Positions 1-15,000 of a DNA stretch of 64,000 nt are shown here, piece by piece (positions within the stretch are counted from its first letter, which is position 1; the number at the start of each line of letters is the position of its first letter). A program made the position numbers and the translations under genes. A model generated the notes under the pieces. That model saw only the letters and a program-made list of their open reading frames with translations. It had not been told where the DNA came from and searched no databases. The stretch spans positions 807,940 to 871,939 of the forward strand of contig NMRA01000120.1 in the NCBI GenBank assembly GCA_002633005.1. Reading direction: 5' to 3'. Origin of the DNA: Phoronis australis. Lineage: Eukaryota; Animalia; Phoronida.

Positions 1-51
1 TTTTCCACTTTGCGCTGAGCATTACCAAGTCAAGTTTGCACGAAGGCACTG
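1..51 (-). CDS. Gene B Sushi-like exon, type A (truncated by window edge)
   Basis: cattcag|CAGTGCCTTCGTGC acceptor; identical to the start of the 1127-1366 exon. Confidence 0.7.
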
Positions 52-3000
52 CTGAATGAGGAAAATTATGTAAGTTATCACGGTGGAACTGACAGGTATT
101 ACTAATCTATTTAAAATCAATATCAGATTGCGACCGACTGAAGCCTCTGTAAAACAACGCAAGGTTTACTCTTACTTCTTAATATCCTTCGGTTTTATTA
201 TACCGTGAAAGGCGAGTTTCTTTAATGCATTTTCGTGACTTTTGCATCACTTCGTAGCCACATTTTTAGAGAATTAGGAAGATTTTAGAGCCAAAGTCGA
301 ACAGTTAAGTATCAGTCAGGGAGACTTCTCAAATCATAGAGTCAGAAAACTAGTCATTATACTTGAAATTAAACTCCAAGTCATTTTGACACTTTCCGAT
401 CCATTTTAATGCGAGCTGGAGTTAAGCATTTTTATGCGTTACAATATGTCATAAACTAAGTATATGATAGTCTAATGATGATTCCGCAATTGACGATTGA
501 AACATTAATGCTACAACTTCGATTCTGAACCCAAATGATTAAGCTTTTACTCGAGTCCGTACACCAAGTGCAGAGACAGTAAGTACCAACTAGGAATCGA
601 AACTCATCTCCGGAAACCATGATTTGCCCGAACATNCTGACAATGAACACCTAATGCAAAAACAGGGCGCAAACCAAGATCAGTCCATGAGTAACCGCAC
701 CTCATAATGACTCCCTCCATGTCCAAGGCTTGAGGCCACACAGTAATTAGAAATGGTACGTATTATTCTAGAACAAGTTACCCTTACCTCCATAAGATAG
801 AGTAAATTTCCACAAATGGGAAAAGTTACACTAGTTTGAATAGCATGCATCAAGCCTCATAAATAGCAACAACTCGTTCTACAAGTAATGTGTTCTAGGG
901 TAATTCTGCGTGTGGCGGTGCTGAAATTTAAAAAATAATAATTTTGAATTACTTTTTATTATTTCACTTCACCTTTTAATACGAGGGCAATAAATCCTAG
1001 CACCCAACATTAAACATCAAAACATTGACATGTTACATATGAGAACAGACAAGCGTTCTTGCATCCATTAGGTGCAAATTAATTCACTGTAAAACGGAAG
1101 GTTAGCTCTTGTTACAGAAGTTTTACCTTTCTCAGTGCACGGACTCAGTGTAGGGTTCCATGAGGTTAAACTACTAGAACTATAAGTAGAACTAGAGCAT
1201 GTGAAGACCATCGACGACATTCCCTTTCCGAACACTTTAGTGTCGAGGCATTGAAGTGTGATAGACTGGCCCTTACTGATAATCGTTGGCTTAGTTACAC
1301 TCAGAGAGCCCGTAGTTTTCCACTTTGCGCTGAGCATTACCAAGTCAAGTTTGCACGAAGGCACTGCTGAATGAGGAAAATTGTGTAAGTTATCACGGTG
1401 GAACTGACAGGTATTACCAATCTATTTAAAATCAATATCAGATTGCGACCGACTAAAGCCTCTGTAAAACAACGCAAGGTTTACTCTTACTTCTTAATAT
1501 CCTTCGCTTTTATTCTACCGTGAAAGGCGAGTTTCTTTAATGCATTTTCGTGACTTTTGCTTCACTTTGTGGCCACCTTTTTAGAGAATTAGGAAGATTT
1601 TAGAGCCAAAGTCGAACAGTTAATATCAGTCAGGGAGACTTCTCAAATCATAGAGTCAGAAAACTAGTCATTATACTTGAAATTCAACTCCAAGTCATTT
1701 TGACACTTTCCGATCCATTTTAATGTGAGCTGGAGTTAAGCATTTTTTGTGCGTTACAATATGTCATAAACTAAGTATATGATAGTCTAATGATGATTCC
1801 GCAATTGACGATTGAAACATGAATGCTACAACTTCGATTCTGAACCCAAAAGATTAAGCTTTTACTCGAATCTGTACACCAAGTGCAGAGACAGTTAGTA
1901 CCAACTAGGAATCGAAACTCATATCCGGAAACCATGATTTGCCCGAACATACATCAATAAATATTTACCTCAAACCAGGACGAAAAACTGCAAGAATAAT
2001 TTCGATTTCGATTTCGAGCACATAAGTGTACTCATGGCTTAGGAAAGGCAAATCTTCAGACAGTCAGCAAGTGTCCTTTATTTAAGATCCGAATTAAGCC
2101 ACTAACCAAAACTTTGGAAGTGGTACAGATAAGTGATACGATGCTGGGATATAATTCGACATTTTCACCTAGTACGGCCTTCGAAAGAAGTCTGAGCAGT
2201 ATTCTAAGTCGAGTGTTGATATGCTGTACTCAAATCATAATGACACCACGTTAGCTTAGCAGGTTGACTACCAGCAGGTTACAAATTCTACAGGAGAGCT
2301 GTTCATTCCAGAACAATTAACAATAACTCTCTTCAACATTGCTCACCAACTGTTGGTGTTAAATTCGACGCCAGACTCGCGGAAGTTTCCAAAAAGGCTT
2401 TGTAAGATCGAAAACCTCGATCCCGTTTTCCAAAACACGATTTTGGATGATACTATCAAGTGAAACTACAAGTTTCGCTGAAATACCACGACGATACCTC
2501 ATGCTTTTTTGTGAATATTTCATTTGCGATTTTTTTCTTTCTTCCAAAACTGTCAAGCTGCATGTACAGTGTGAGGTATCATCAGACATCTAATTACCTT
2601 TGTTAGAACACGGACTAAATGCAGGTGTCCATGAATTGTAGCTTGTAGATCTAGAGGTAGAACTAGAGCAGGTGAAGACCTTCGATGATGTTCCATCCGT
2701 GAAGACCTTGCTGTCTTTGCAAACAAGTGTCACAGACTGGCCCCTGCGTATAGTCTTCGGTTGGTTTCCACTCACAACAGCGTTCAATCTTGACAAGACA
2801 AGTTCGCACGAAGGCAAGGCTTAATAAAAATTATTGATGTCATTGTCGCTTTCACTACGAGACTTCTTTGTCATCTCTTTGATTGAATCCGGCTTAAACT
2901 GACTACCAGATGTCAAGCATACGCTTGATGCCAATGCTAATTCATCAAAGAAACGAAATACTCTAAAGCCCCGCCAACACACAGTGCTTGCCTAGAACAG

Positions 3001-6000
3001 CGTGCACTTGTAGAACGTAAACTCACATTGAAATGGAGCGTCCAAACACAGAAATACACATATCCGGCAACCAGGCTAAAGTGGATGTTGTCACTTTTTG
3101 ACTGACAATGAAGAACTAATGCGAAAACAGGGCGCAAACTAAGATCAGTCCATGAGTAACCGCACCTTATAATGACTCCCTCCATGTCCAAGGCTTGAGG
3201 CCACACAGTAATTAGAAATGGTACATATTATTCTAGACCAAGTTACCCTTACCTCCATATGATAGAGTAAATTTCCACAAACGGGAAAAGTTACACTAGT
3301 TTGAATAGCTTGCATCAAGCCTCATAAATAGCAACAACTCGTTCTACAAGTAATTTGTTCTAGGGTAATTCAGTGTGTGGACGGTGCTGAAATTTAAAAA
3401 ATAATAATTTTGAATTACTTTTTCTTATTTCACTTCACCTTTTAATACGAGGGCAATAAATACTAGCACCCAACATTAAACATCAGAACATTGCCATGTT
3501 AAATATGAGAACAGACAAGTGTTCTTGGATCCATTAGGTGCAAATTAATTCGCTGTAAAACGGCAGGTTAGATCTTGTCAGAGATGTTTTACCTTTCTCA
3601 GTGCACGGACTCAGTGTAGGGTTCCATGAGGTTAAACTACTAGAACTATAAGTAGAACTAGAGCATGTGAAGACCATCGACGACATTCCATTTTCGAACA
3701 CTTTAGTGTCGAGGCATTGAAGTGTGATAGACTGGCCCTTACTGATAATCGTTGGCTTATTTCCTCTCAGAGAGCCCGTAGTTTTCCACTTTGCGCTGAG
3801 CTTTACAAAGTCAATATTGCACGAAGGTGCAGCTGAATGAGGAAAATTATGTAAGTTATCACGGTGAAACAGACAGGTGTTACCAATCTATTTAAAATCA
3901 ATATCAGATTGCGACCGACTGAAGCCTCTGTAAAACAACGGAAGGTTTACTCTTACTTCTCAAGTACTAGTCCACGAGAGTACCAGCCATCCAGCGGCAA
4001 GGTGGGGGGTCAGCCGATTTTCAACAAATTTGGCGCATAGGTGTTCCTATGGAATCTATAAACAGCGGTAAAATATTTTCTCAAAATATTGCGTTTTTCC
4101 AAAGTTATAGGCTCAAACACATTTTACGGCTTCGCAGCCATGTTTTCACGGTATAAAAACTGTGCAGTGTTAACTGTTTATATTTTTCCTTGAATGAAAG
4201 CTATTGATTTATTATTGACTTGGCATTGTTTAGTGGTGCCTATAGATTGTTACACAGATGTCTTGAAACACGATTCCGATTTACCACCCTCATTTAGTAG
4301 TTTTACTACACTGCCCCCCGTTATGCCATTTTGAGGTTGTGTTCATTACACTGCTGTACCAAATCTGCGCCCACTGCTATGAGAACGAAACTTAGCCAAA
4401 ATGTTGACAAAACAGGTTACTTTCATTGCATAAAATAAAAACTTTGTAAGCCAGTTTATTAGTTATACATTTTGGCACCTCAATTGTACGAAAATGAGAA
4501 ATTTTCATATATCTGAGATCGATGCGTGAGCACCGTAAAATCCGATTGTCCTTCATGTTTTTCGATATTTTGCAACAAGTTAGTTCCTCCTGAATGTTTT
4601 GAACGTTTTACTACTTACCACTTAGGGCTATAGTACCCCTAAATGCCATACATGGCTCCATTTTGTAAAAAGCTGATTATGTCCTCCGCAATGAACAGGG
4701 TTACACATGAACTCGACAAATGTAGGTTATGTTCATTTACAGTTGTTATACCTTGCAATTTCCTCATGGGTATTTCTTCACACATATTCAATTCAGATTT
4801 TCTGTTGATCAAATGTTCATGCAATGCATTTTAATATCAAATGAATGATAAGTTTGGTGGCATGACCGCAATTTTTCCCACGACTTAAAACAAAAGACCG
4901 CAGAAATTTTCCTGACGAAATACCGGGTTTGCAGTTCTCTAAAAACATTCGAATGACAACACAAACTTCACCACTGTCCGTGGCAACTCGTCGCATGTTT
5001 TTCACCCATCGGTCCTATCATTGTTTTCCTTTGTTGTGTCATTGTTGTATATAACAACACAGGTCGCATGGATATAGAACCTTGCGTACATCAGACCGTT
5101 GCCGATAAGTGCTCGTCATTATATCTTTATTATAACAACGGGAACAATGAAGATGCTAATCTATTGTTCTCTATGCGACCAGGTTTCCCGTGGATGACCA
5201 CAGAAGAGGAATCCTTAAGTTTCCACAAACAATGACCACCCCCTTACTATTACCGTGGAACCTAAACACCAAATTTTTATATCCGTGTATTGTGTTGTAT
5301 TGCTCATGGTACGGGTTCAGATTCCGTTGTATTAAGATTCCAATCCCCAACCCTGTAATATGTAGTTTGAGTAAAATTTCTAGACAATGCAGGTTTATGG
5401 ATTTATTTTCCTTTAAATGAAGAGTAAAAATCAAATTCTGCACAGGTTTTTTAAAAGTAATCACTTATTCGAAGATCACACATCTAAAAAATAAAACAAT
5501 GTTTGTCAATTTTATTCATTATCTTATTTGAAAATTGTCTACCTCACAGACAACTCATCTAAGCTGAAAATATTCCTTGTGAAAAAAATATAAAATACCA
5601 ACCAGAGACTTGTGTACTACAAAATATGTTTTCGTAATACAATGCAAAGATAACTGTACAGTCAAAAGTGCAAATGTTACGATTCTAATAACAAATTGCC
5701 TTCTAGATCTTTTCAACACTCCCATTGCTACAGGACAGAGTCAACCACACAAAGCCCATAAAGTCAGGGAATTACATTTAAAGTGATGTAGTCTCACAAC
5801 GAAAAAAGTGATATCGCAATATCGCTGACAACACTGGAAATCTCTTCTTCACAAACTTGAGGTAGCTGTATTTACCACATCAATGTTCTTATCAAAACTA
5901 ACCACCACAAAATGAAAAATTGGCTTGTCGGTTCCAATTAGGCAGCATTTTACAATGAAATGGTCATGAAAAAATACTTTTGCACCATGGTTTGCATTAC

Positions 6001-9000
6001 AATAGCGGATTTGCAGCGCAGTCGAATTACGCATTGCGCATGTGCGAGTTACTTCCTTCGCGAAGGCTCATGGGATAGCTTGTGGTCAGGCATGTCTTGA
6101 GCAGGCTGGATACTGTGTGCATTTGGAGTGATTTGCAAACTAAAACCATGCTTCATTTTTTTTGCTTTATAATACCAAGCAAGTCCTTTCTCTCGTTTGT
6201 AAACACAGCGTAGCTATGATCAGTGACCGTGTGACCGAGGGCACGACTGTCGTCATGTTCATCGGCGTTGATTTCGAAATCTCCTCCGGTTTCAGACAAG
6301 TTGAGAGTTCTTGGGTTGCTTAACTTTTGTAGCTTTCGCCGTGGATATGCTAGAGACGTTAATTTTAAGAGGAAACTCCGTCCGAATGTTGTTCTCATAA
6401 GTCTTTTTTCCACCAGGAAAATGTTCGCTGCACACACGATGGCCCCTAGGCAATTACATCGCACTGGATGCCGCAGGCATTCAGGGGCGATAGTACATCC
6501 TCACAAAAAGTTACTCATTTCAAAATACAGCAAATAAAATCAAATGAACCATACATATAGGAACACGGAGTTATAATTAACACATACCACGACTTTGGAT
6601 ACAATTTAGTCACCAAAGCTTGAACAAATCGATGAAAATCTGTCGCGGTTTGCTCGAGTTTTTCTCAGTTACCGGGTGCCATTTTGAGGAAGTTACGTGA
6701 AATTACGCATGTTGACGAATAAAAAGTCCAAGGGACACACATCTTACAAGTTTCATCCGATACCTTCTCATGCTATTTTATAAGTGTCGCGCTCTAGCGT
6801 CACGCGCTTCGCTCAGTCTTGCGCTAACCTTTGCCTAACTCACGTGATTCAGTTGACATGCTTTGTGGTTATCGCGCACGCGGTGATAAAATTAACGGCA
6901 ACCAAAAAAGTGAAGTTGTAATTCTTCACCAAAGTCAACTTAATTCTCACAACTAAGCTTCATCAAAGATATGTGTAGAAGTAGAAAGGATTAATGATGA
7001 AAGTGTTTTTTAAAGTTTTAATTGTAGATTGTATTTTTGACGAGGTGAAAACTCGAAATCGGTATCCCAAATCCGGTCACGGCCAGTTTAAAATACACTG
7101 AAGTAACAAAATGAATACAGAAAGCGAATGGATGTATTGTAGCCCCTATATGGCCAACTGAGGAGCTACGTGTTGCCTACTAGATGGCCCAGCGTTGGTT
7201 TGAATGCGCTAAATCTCCCCTTACTCCCAGCTCTCCTAATGTTGTTTATCCATTTTTCACGAAGTTCTTGGTTTGCAGGGAACACATAAAAACTCAGATT
7301 TTTATCTCTCTTGTTGTTTTTGAAGCAGCCAGGAACACAACAAGTGTATCCGCCGTAAGTTTTCTTCGCGCTCATACCGCGTATTATGCTTGATACTATG
7401 GCCGCTTTCGGAATCCTGACCACAGCACCCACAATGCACCATATTAACCTAATTTCAATATGGCGTCGCTGCAAATCCGCTATTGCCCTACGATTACAGT
7501 TGTACATACATACTAGACCAGGAGCAAAATTACCCATGAGAACCACCAGAGCTAATGTGCCAATACTTTTCAGTACTGCAACAAAAATCATTTGAAGTGG
7601 ACATAAACTCGCCTAAAATCACATAAAACAACTTTTGATTTAGACATTTTACCATCATGAAATAAGTATTACTTCCAGGACACTTTTGAGAGATTTCAGA
7701 ACTTTGAAAGATCTGGCAATATGCAGTTTCTAGAGACCAGTCTAATAGTGTGTGATTTTATACACACAACATGGTCTCAAGGAATAGCAAACTGTCAATT
7801 CGCTACAATTCCAGAAAACACTTCCCATCTGGATAAGGAACAAACTGAGCAAAGTTTATAGAGGTAAATGGTTTAAATCAAAACTTATTACCTCATGGAC
7901 AGAAGGTCTACAACCCAGGCAGAAAGATAAGTTAACAAAACCAGCCTAACTGCAACAGGGGCTCAAATTTCAGCTATACCCATTTACAAACAAAAATCTA
8001 TAATGGTAAATAAAATGCAGAAACATAAATTCAGATCAATTACGCATCTTCAAGGAAAAGGAACGGTACAGTGGTCAGAAATCATCTAAATGTGATGGCC
8101 ACACTGAGAAATCCTGTCAGACCAAAAAATCCAGTGGCTAAACAAAATGAACAATTTACCATTACCATGTGGCCCAGGATCATGATCCGTGCCTGAACAA
8201 AAATTCAGTCTAGGTAAATTTTAGATTTGTGATGTTCACACAAGCAGTTCTGGTGCAAACAAAGCTTGTGACAATACACAAGCCTACTTCCCTACACAGC
8301 TGTGCTGACACAATAATGCCCCCACTGGATTTAGCAGATCAGCCAGAGAATTTACAGGTCCAGCCACTGTACTGTTTCCACCTTTTGAATTTTTACAATG
8401 CTACATCCTTGACAATCGCAGATTGCCTCTTTCAGTGCATACTCCACTTCCTCTGTCCCAGTTTCCCCACATTTGCTGAGAGTGGCCTATATTAACAAAT
8501 TACTTTGGACCTGTTGTGGTGTAAGCCTGTATTCTTTGGCAAATACTTTTTTCCCGATTCGTTCCTCAAGCTACAAATTCTCTTTGACATATCTTGTGGG
8601 AGTAGACTTTTAGGCCTCTCTCTAGCCCCCTCACTTAGTTGTCCAGAAGGGTGCCTTCTTGCTGGTTGTGAACTTTTCCATACCCAACCTTTACTAATAA
8701 TCGGCAGGTCTCCAACTTCAGCAGAAGCCACTTCTTCAGCATAAGCCTTTCCTGATTACTAAAATTGTATTAATGAAAAAATTAAACATATTAAATTTAA
8801 TGTGGTAATTTCGGCTCAGAAAATATGAATACCAAGCTAAAGTGAAGGCACCAATATTTTTGAGGGCTTTAACATGTTTAAATAACTTCATAATCGCCGA
8901 AATTCATTGGCAGACATAACATACTCCCTACTCTATAAAAGTAGTTCATGGGCAGAAGTCATGTTACACATTTGGTAGTTGTTATGAAAAGTTATTATGA

Positions 9001-12000
9001 CCACCTATTTTCTATGCCAATGTGTACATGTAGTTGCATAAACATCAACACATTTGAATAAGATATGATCAAGCAATAAGGCCCAAGTTATAAGCAATCA
9101 CGGTGTGTCAATAAAAGTATTTTGCATGAATGACGTGCTTCTAAATATTCCTCAGGGTTAGGCCCTGGAGATTAGTGATTCCTACCTGAGCTCACACGAA
9201 GCAGGACGTTGAACCTTGACTTAACGTCTTTGGTCATTTTTCAGACCTCTAATCAGATTTCTCCTCTTGAGTGTGCAGTGGATGTAATCAGTGTCTTTGG
9301 CGACGCCAATATATCTCGAGTGTTGTAACGATGATTCGGGCAAGTGAATCTAATACGATGGTTTATGTAGCTCCTGCTGCACAGCTGCCTCCGAGGCAGA
9401 CACTGAGACAGACTACTTCTCAGGAGGACACGTTCCACCTCCACATCAGCTCCACTTACTCTTATAAGTTGCTCAAATGTCTCGCTCTTTTCCTTGTGCA
9501 TTCCCCTAGAGTTTCCAAAGTTGTTTCTCTCCGCAGTTTGTAGAAATACCACATTCGATGCGACTGGCAGTGCCAGATAAATAGATAAATTCGCAAACCC
9601 GCACTTTAGGTCAGCCATCATTCAACTAACGCATTGTAAACTTTAGTTAAGTATTCAAACAAGTTGGATGAACAAATTTAGTATAATTTCATGTTTTAGT
9701 GGGAAATGCTTTTATCTTTAAAATTAATGAAAAACATTTCAGCAAACCAATTCTATTAATTATTGTATTATACCACGACATATTAATGCGTAGAAACGGC
9801 GCACAACTAGTGACTGGTTTAACATGACAAATACACATACGCGGTCTGAAAATAGTGAAATTCAGACACCTATTACCAAGCCTGCCTGAAAGGCTGACAA
9901 AGTTTTTATTGTATTAATTTCAAGGGCACGGAGTCTTTCACATGTCCAGGTTATTATTTTTAGTTTTCTCGCGGGGGCAGCTTCGCTATAAGGGTACAAC
10001 TTACTGCTGGTTTTTCACAAGAAGGAAGTGTACCTCCACGGAAACAGTTCCAGTGTTACCATGGTAACCGATATTTCACTGACATTGAGCCTATCGTGTG
10101 ATATCAAACTTGTTCAGAAACGATTCTAATTGAAGCAGAAACTGGAGTAGAAAATTTGGTGAAAATGACTCATTCTACATCAAGAAATTGCCTCATTTTG
10201 CCCCCCCAGAACACTTCCCTTGTATCTCCTAAACCACCAAAGTTTGTGGTGTCATACTTCACCCAATTTCTCTCTTCCCTTATGTGATTTATCAGACTAA
10301 ACATGGATCTGAATGGCTGACCAACCACCTTGCCGCTTCTTGGCTGTACAGTGGTCGGTGGATCCGTACACTGATACTTAATATCCCTCGGTTTTAATCT
10401 ACCATGAAAGGCGAGTTTCTTAAATGCATTTTCGTGACTATTGCATCACTTCGTGGACAAATTTTTAGAGAATTAGGAAGATTTTAGAGAAAAATTCGAA
10501 CAGTTAAGTATCAATCAGGCAGACTTCTCAAATCATAGAGTCAGAAATCTAGTCTTTATACTTGAAATTAAACTCCAAGTCATTTTGACACTTTCCGATC
10601 TATTTTAATGCGAGCTGGAGTTAAGCATCTTTTGTGCGTTACAATATGTCATAAACTAAGTATATGATAGTCTAATAATGATTCCGCAATTGACAATTGA
10701 AACATTAATGCTACAACTTCGATTCTGAACCCAAAATATTAAGCTTTTACTGGAGTCTGTACACCAAGTGCAAAGACAGTAAGTACCAACTAGGAATCGA
10801 AACTCATCTCTGGAAACAATAATTTGCCCGAACATACATCAATAAATATTTACGTCAAACCAGGACGAAAAGCTGCAAGAATGAATCCGATTTCGATTTC
10901 GAGCACACAAGTGTACTCATGGCATAGAAAAGGCAAATCTTCAGACAGTCAGCAAGTTTCCTTTATTTAAAATCCGAATTAAGCCACTAACCAAAACTTT
11001 GGAAGTGGTACACTAAAGTGATACGATGCTGGTTATAATTCGACAGCTTCACCTAGTATGGCCTTCGAAAGAAGTCTGAGCAGTATGCCAAGTCCAGTGT
11101 TGATATGCTGTACTCAAATCATAATGACACCACGTTAAACTACCAGGTTGACTACCAGCAGGTTACAAATTCTACAGGAAAGCTGTTCGTTCCAGAACAA
11201 TTAACAATAACTCTCTTAAACATTGTTCACCAACCGTTGGTGTTAAATTGGACACCAGACTCGCGGAAGTTTCCAAAAAGGCTTTGTAAGGTCGAAAACC
11301 TTGATCCCAGTCTCCAAAACACGATTTTGGATGTTACTATCAATGGAAACTACACGACGATACATCATGCTTTTTTGTGAATATTTCATTTGAAATTTTT
11401 TTCTTCATTCCAAAACTGTCAAGCTGCATGTACAGTGTGAGGTATTATCAGGCATCTAATTACCTTTGTTAGAACACGGACTCAGTGCAGGTGTCCATGA
11501 GTTGTAACTTGTAGATCTTGAGGTAGAACTAGAGCAGGTGAAGACCTTCGATGATGTTCCATCTGTAAAGACCTTGCTGTCTTTGCAAACAAGTGTCAGA
11601 GACTGGCCCCTGCGTATGGTCTTCGGTTGGTTTCCACTCACAACCGCGTTCAATCTTGACAAGACAAGTTCGCACGAAGGCAAGGCTTAATAAAAATTAT
11701 TAATGTCATTATCGCTTTCAATACGAGATTTCTTTGTCATCTCTTTGATTGAATCCGGCTTACACTGCATACCAGATGTCAAGCATGCGCTGCTTGATGC
11801 CAATGCTAATTCATCAAGGAAACGAAATACTCTAAAGCCCCGCCAACACACAGTGCTTCCCTAGAACAGCGTGCACTTGTGGAACGTACACTCACATTGA
11901 AATGGAGAGTCCAAGCACAGAAATACACATATCCGGCAACCAGGCCAAGGTGGATGTTGTCACTCTTTGACTGACAATGAACAACTGATGCGAATACAGG

Positions 12001-15000
12001 GCCCAAACCAAGATTAGTCCATGAGTAACCGCAACTTACAGTGACTCCCTCCATGTCCAAGGCTGGAGGCCACACAGTAATTAGAAAAAGTAGATATTGT
12101 TTTAGAACAAGTTACCCTCACCTCCATAAGATGGAGTAACTTTCCACAAATGGGAAAAGTTACTCTAGTCTGAATAGCTTGCATCAAGCCTCAAAAATAG
12201 CAACAACTTTGTTCTGCAAATAATGTGTTTTAGGGTAATTCTGTGTGTGGACGGCGCTGAAATTTAAAAAACTACTTTTGAGTTACTTTTTGTTATTTCA
12301 CTTCACCTTTTGATACGAGGGCGCTAAGTACTAGCTCGCAACATTAAAGGCGAAGGCAACCTTTTTCCATGTCATTTTGAGCTAAAATAAGGTTGGTTGA
12401 TTATCCTAGACATATTTTCCACTTAATTACAGTTTTTCGTAATTTTATTAACTACTCGTTCGCTACTGCGGAAGTGACGTTTTAGGAGGCAAGCATTTCG
12501 CGCCAATTTCTTTTCATATAGTCTGACTGTGAGAGCTGCCGAGTCAGTCATTGTTCTACCTCGGTTGTGTTAAGTTCCCTCGTCGTTTGCTTTCATTTAC
12601 TAGTCAATCAACATGCCACACTGTTGCTGCGTACCGGAATGTACTAATTATCGGCTCACGCGCGCTTTGGGAGTACCTTTGCATCGCTTTCCGATGGATG
12701 ACACACTTCGCCGTACTTGGCTTCGCGTTCGTGAGAAGAACGCAGCGTTACTCGTCCACGCAACGTACAAAGCAGTGGAGAATTACCGTGTGTGTGGCAA
12801 GCACTTTCTGCCCTCCGGTTACGAAAGGGATTTGTACGCTGAACTGATGAAGGTCCCTGCGAAACAACGCCTGAAGAAGCATGCCATTTCGTCTCTGTTG
12901 ATTCCCGGTAGTGCTCCGTCGCCAACCCCCAGAAGTGCGTTTTTGAAGCGAGAAGCCTCGCAAGCTGTGGCCAGTACAGTGACTGGAGCCAGTAGAGGCA
13001 CTTCATCTACTGTCACCCGTTCCTCCGAACGTACCCCCAGAGCGTGCAATTCCTGGAACCAGTAGTGATTCGCCCTGTGCTGTTTTCTCCAGCCCAGAGC
13101 CTCTAGGCAGCCCTGCAGCGATATTGAGTAGTGGGTGATTACAGGCCCAGTTCGACACCCAGTGAAGAGGAGTTTGTAGTTCAGTGAACAGATCGGTGAG
13201 CCAAACTTTGATAAGTTTATTGTGGACTTGCCTATTTAGAAGGTGCCAGGTGTGTGGCAAGGGAGTCACACGACACGATGTAAGCAGTTTTGGTGTTCAG
13301 GTCACCATCCACTGGAAGTGTGTCGCGGGACACTCTGGCAAGAGGGACAGTTGTTCCTCTGTCCGTGGTATGCCGGAGGTCCACTTTACCATGTCCAGCA
13401 GTGGCTTGGCCTCGTAGAACTCTGAACAGCACAAGCATTCCATTGAAGAAGGCATAACAACGCAAACAGTGCATTTGCACCCAGACGTGTCACCACGTCT
13501 GTCCNAGCGGACGAGTAATTAATAAAGTTACGAAAATCTGTAATTAAGTGGAAAATATGTCTAGGATAACCAACCAACCTTATTTTAGCTCAAAATGACA
13601 TGGAAAAAGGTTGGTTTCGCCTTTAAATATTACAAAGTTGCCATGATAAATCCGAGAACAGACAAGCATTCTTGCATACATTAGGTGTTATTTAATTCGC
13701 TGTAAAACGGCAGATTAGATGTTAATATAGTAGTTATACCTTTCTCAGTGCACGGACTCAGTGTAGGGCTCCATGAGGTTAAACTATTAGAACTATAAGT
13801 ATAACTAGAGCATGTGAAGACCATCGACGACATTCCATTTCCGAACACTTTAGTGTCGAGGCATTGAAGTGTGATAGACTGGCCCTTACGGATAATCGTT
13901 GGCTTATTTCCACTCAGAGAGCCCGTAGTTTTCCACTTTGCGCTGAGCATTACCAAGTCAAGTTTGCACGAAGGTACAGCTGAATGAGGAAAATTATGTA
14001 AGTTTTCACGGTGGAACTCACAGGTATTACCAATCTAGTTAAAATCAATATCAGATTGCGACCGACTGAAGCTTCTGTAAAACAACGCAAGGTACACTCT
14101 TACTTCTTAATATCCTTCGGTTTTATTCTACCGTGAAAAGCCAGTTTCTTTAATGCATTTTCGTAACTTTTGCATCACTTCGTGGCCACCATTTTAGAGA
14201 ATTGGAAAGATTTTAGAGTCAAAGTCGAACAGTTAAGTATCAGTCAGGGAGACTTCTCAAATCATAGAGTCAGAAATCTAGTCTTTATACTTGAAATTAA
14301 ACTCCAAGTCATTTCGACACTTTCCGACCTATTTTAATGCGAGCATCTTTTTTGCGTTAAAATATGTCATAAACTAAGTATATGTTAGTCTAATAATGAT
14401 TCCGCAATTGACGATTGAAACATTAATGCTACAACTTCGATTCTAAACAAAAAATATTGAGCTTTTGCTCGAGTTTGTACACCAAACGCAGAGACACTGA
14501 CTACCAACTAGGAATAGAAACTCATCTCCGGAAAACATGATTTGCCCCACCATACATCAATAATTACTTACCTCAAACCAGGACGAAAAATTGCAAGAAT
14601 ACATCCGAATTCCATTTCGAGCACACAAGTTTACTCATGGCATAGGAAAGGCAAATCTTCAAACAGTCAACAAGTGTCCGTTACTTAAAATCCGAAATAT
14701 GCCACTCACCAAAATTTTGGAAAGGGTACATCATAGTGATTGCTATGATGGTTATAATTCGAGAGCTTCACCTAATATGGTCTTCAAAAGAACTCTCAAC
14801 AGTATTACAAGACGAGTGTTGATATGCTGTACTCAAATCATGATGGCGCCAGGTTAACATAGTACGTTGATTACCAGCAGGTTAAGAATTATGCAGGAAA
14901 GTGGTTATTTTCAAGAAATTTACAATAATGCTCTACAACTTTACTCACCAAGCCTACGCGTTAAATTTCTACGCCAGACTCGCGGAAGTTCCCAAAAATA

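Larger units (their letters stand above)
3964..10377 (-). mobile_element. 6.4-kb composite degenerate DNA transposon at a TTAA site
   Basis: Absent from paralogous units (empty site CTTCTTAATATCC); flanks TCAA/TTAA; imperfect inverted termini (cagcca..agcggcaaggtgg..ggtcagcc); transposase-like relics near 8490-8750 and 9250-9620 plus a THAP gene. Confidence 0.8.

Noticed and set aside
52-1126. True deletion of a B exon giving an A-A junction
   Set aside because: The breakpoint coincides with the N at 636, so an assembly join is more likely.
2937-3206. 89-aa ORF (WPQALDMEG...) repeated four times, as a separate gene
   Set aside because: GTG/TTG start, intronic position, many amino-acid-changing differences and no recognisable domain; recent duplication explains the repetition.
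11105-11380. Plus-strand ORF rich in N-glycosylation sequons
   Set aside because: The homologous segments in the other repeat units contain stops or frameshifts.
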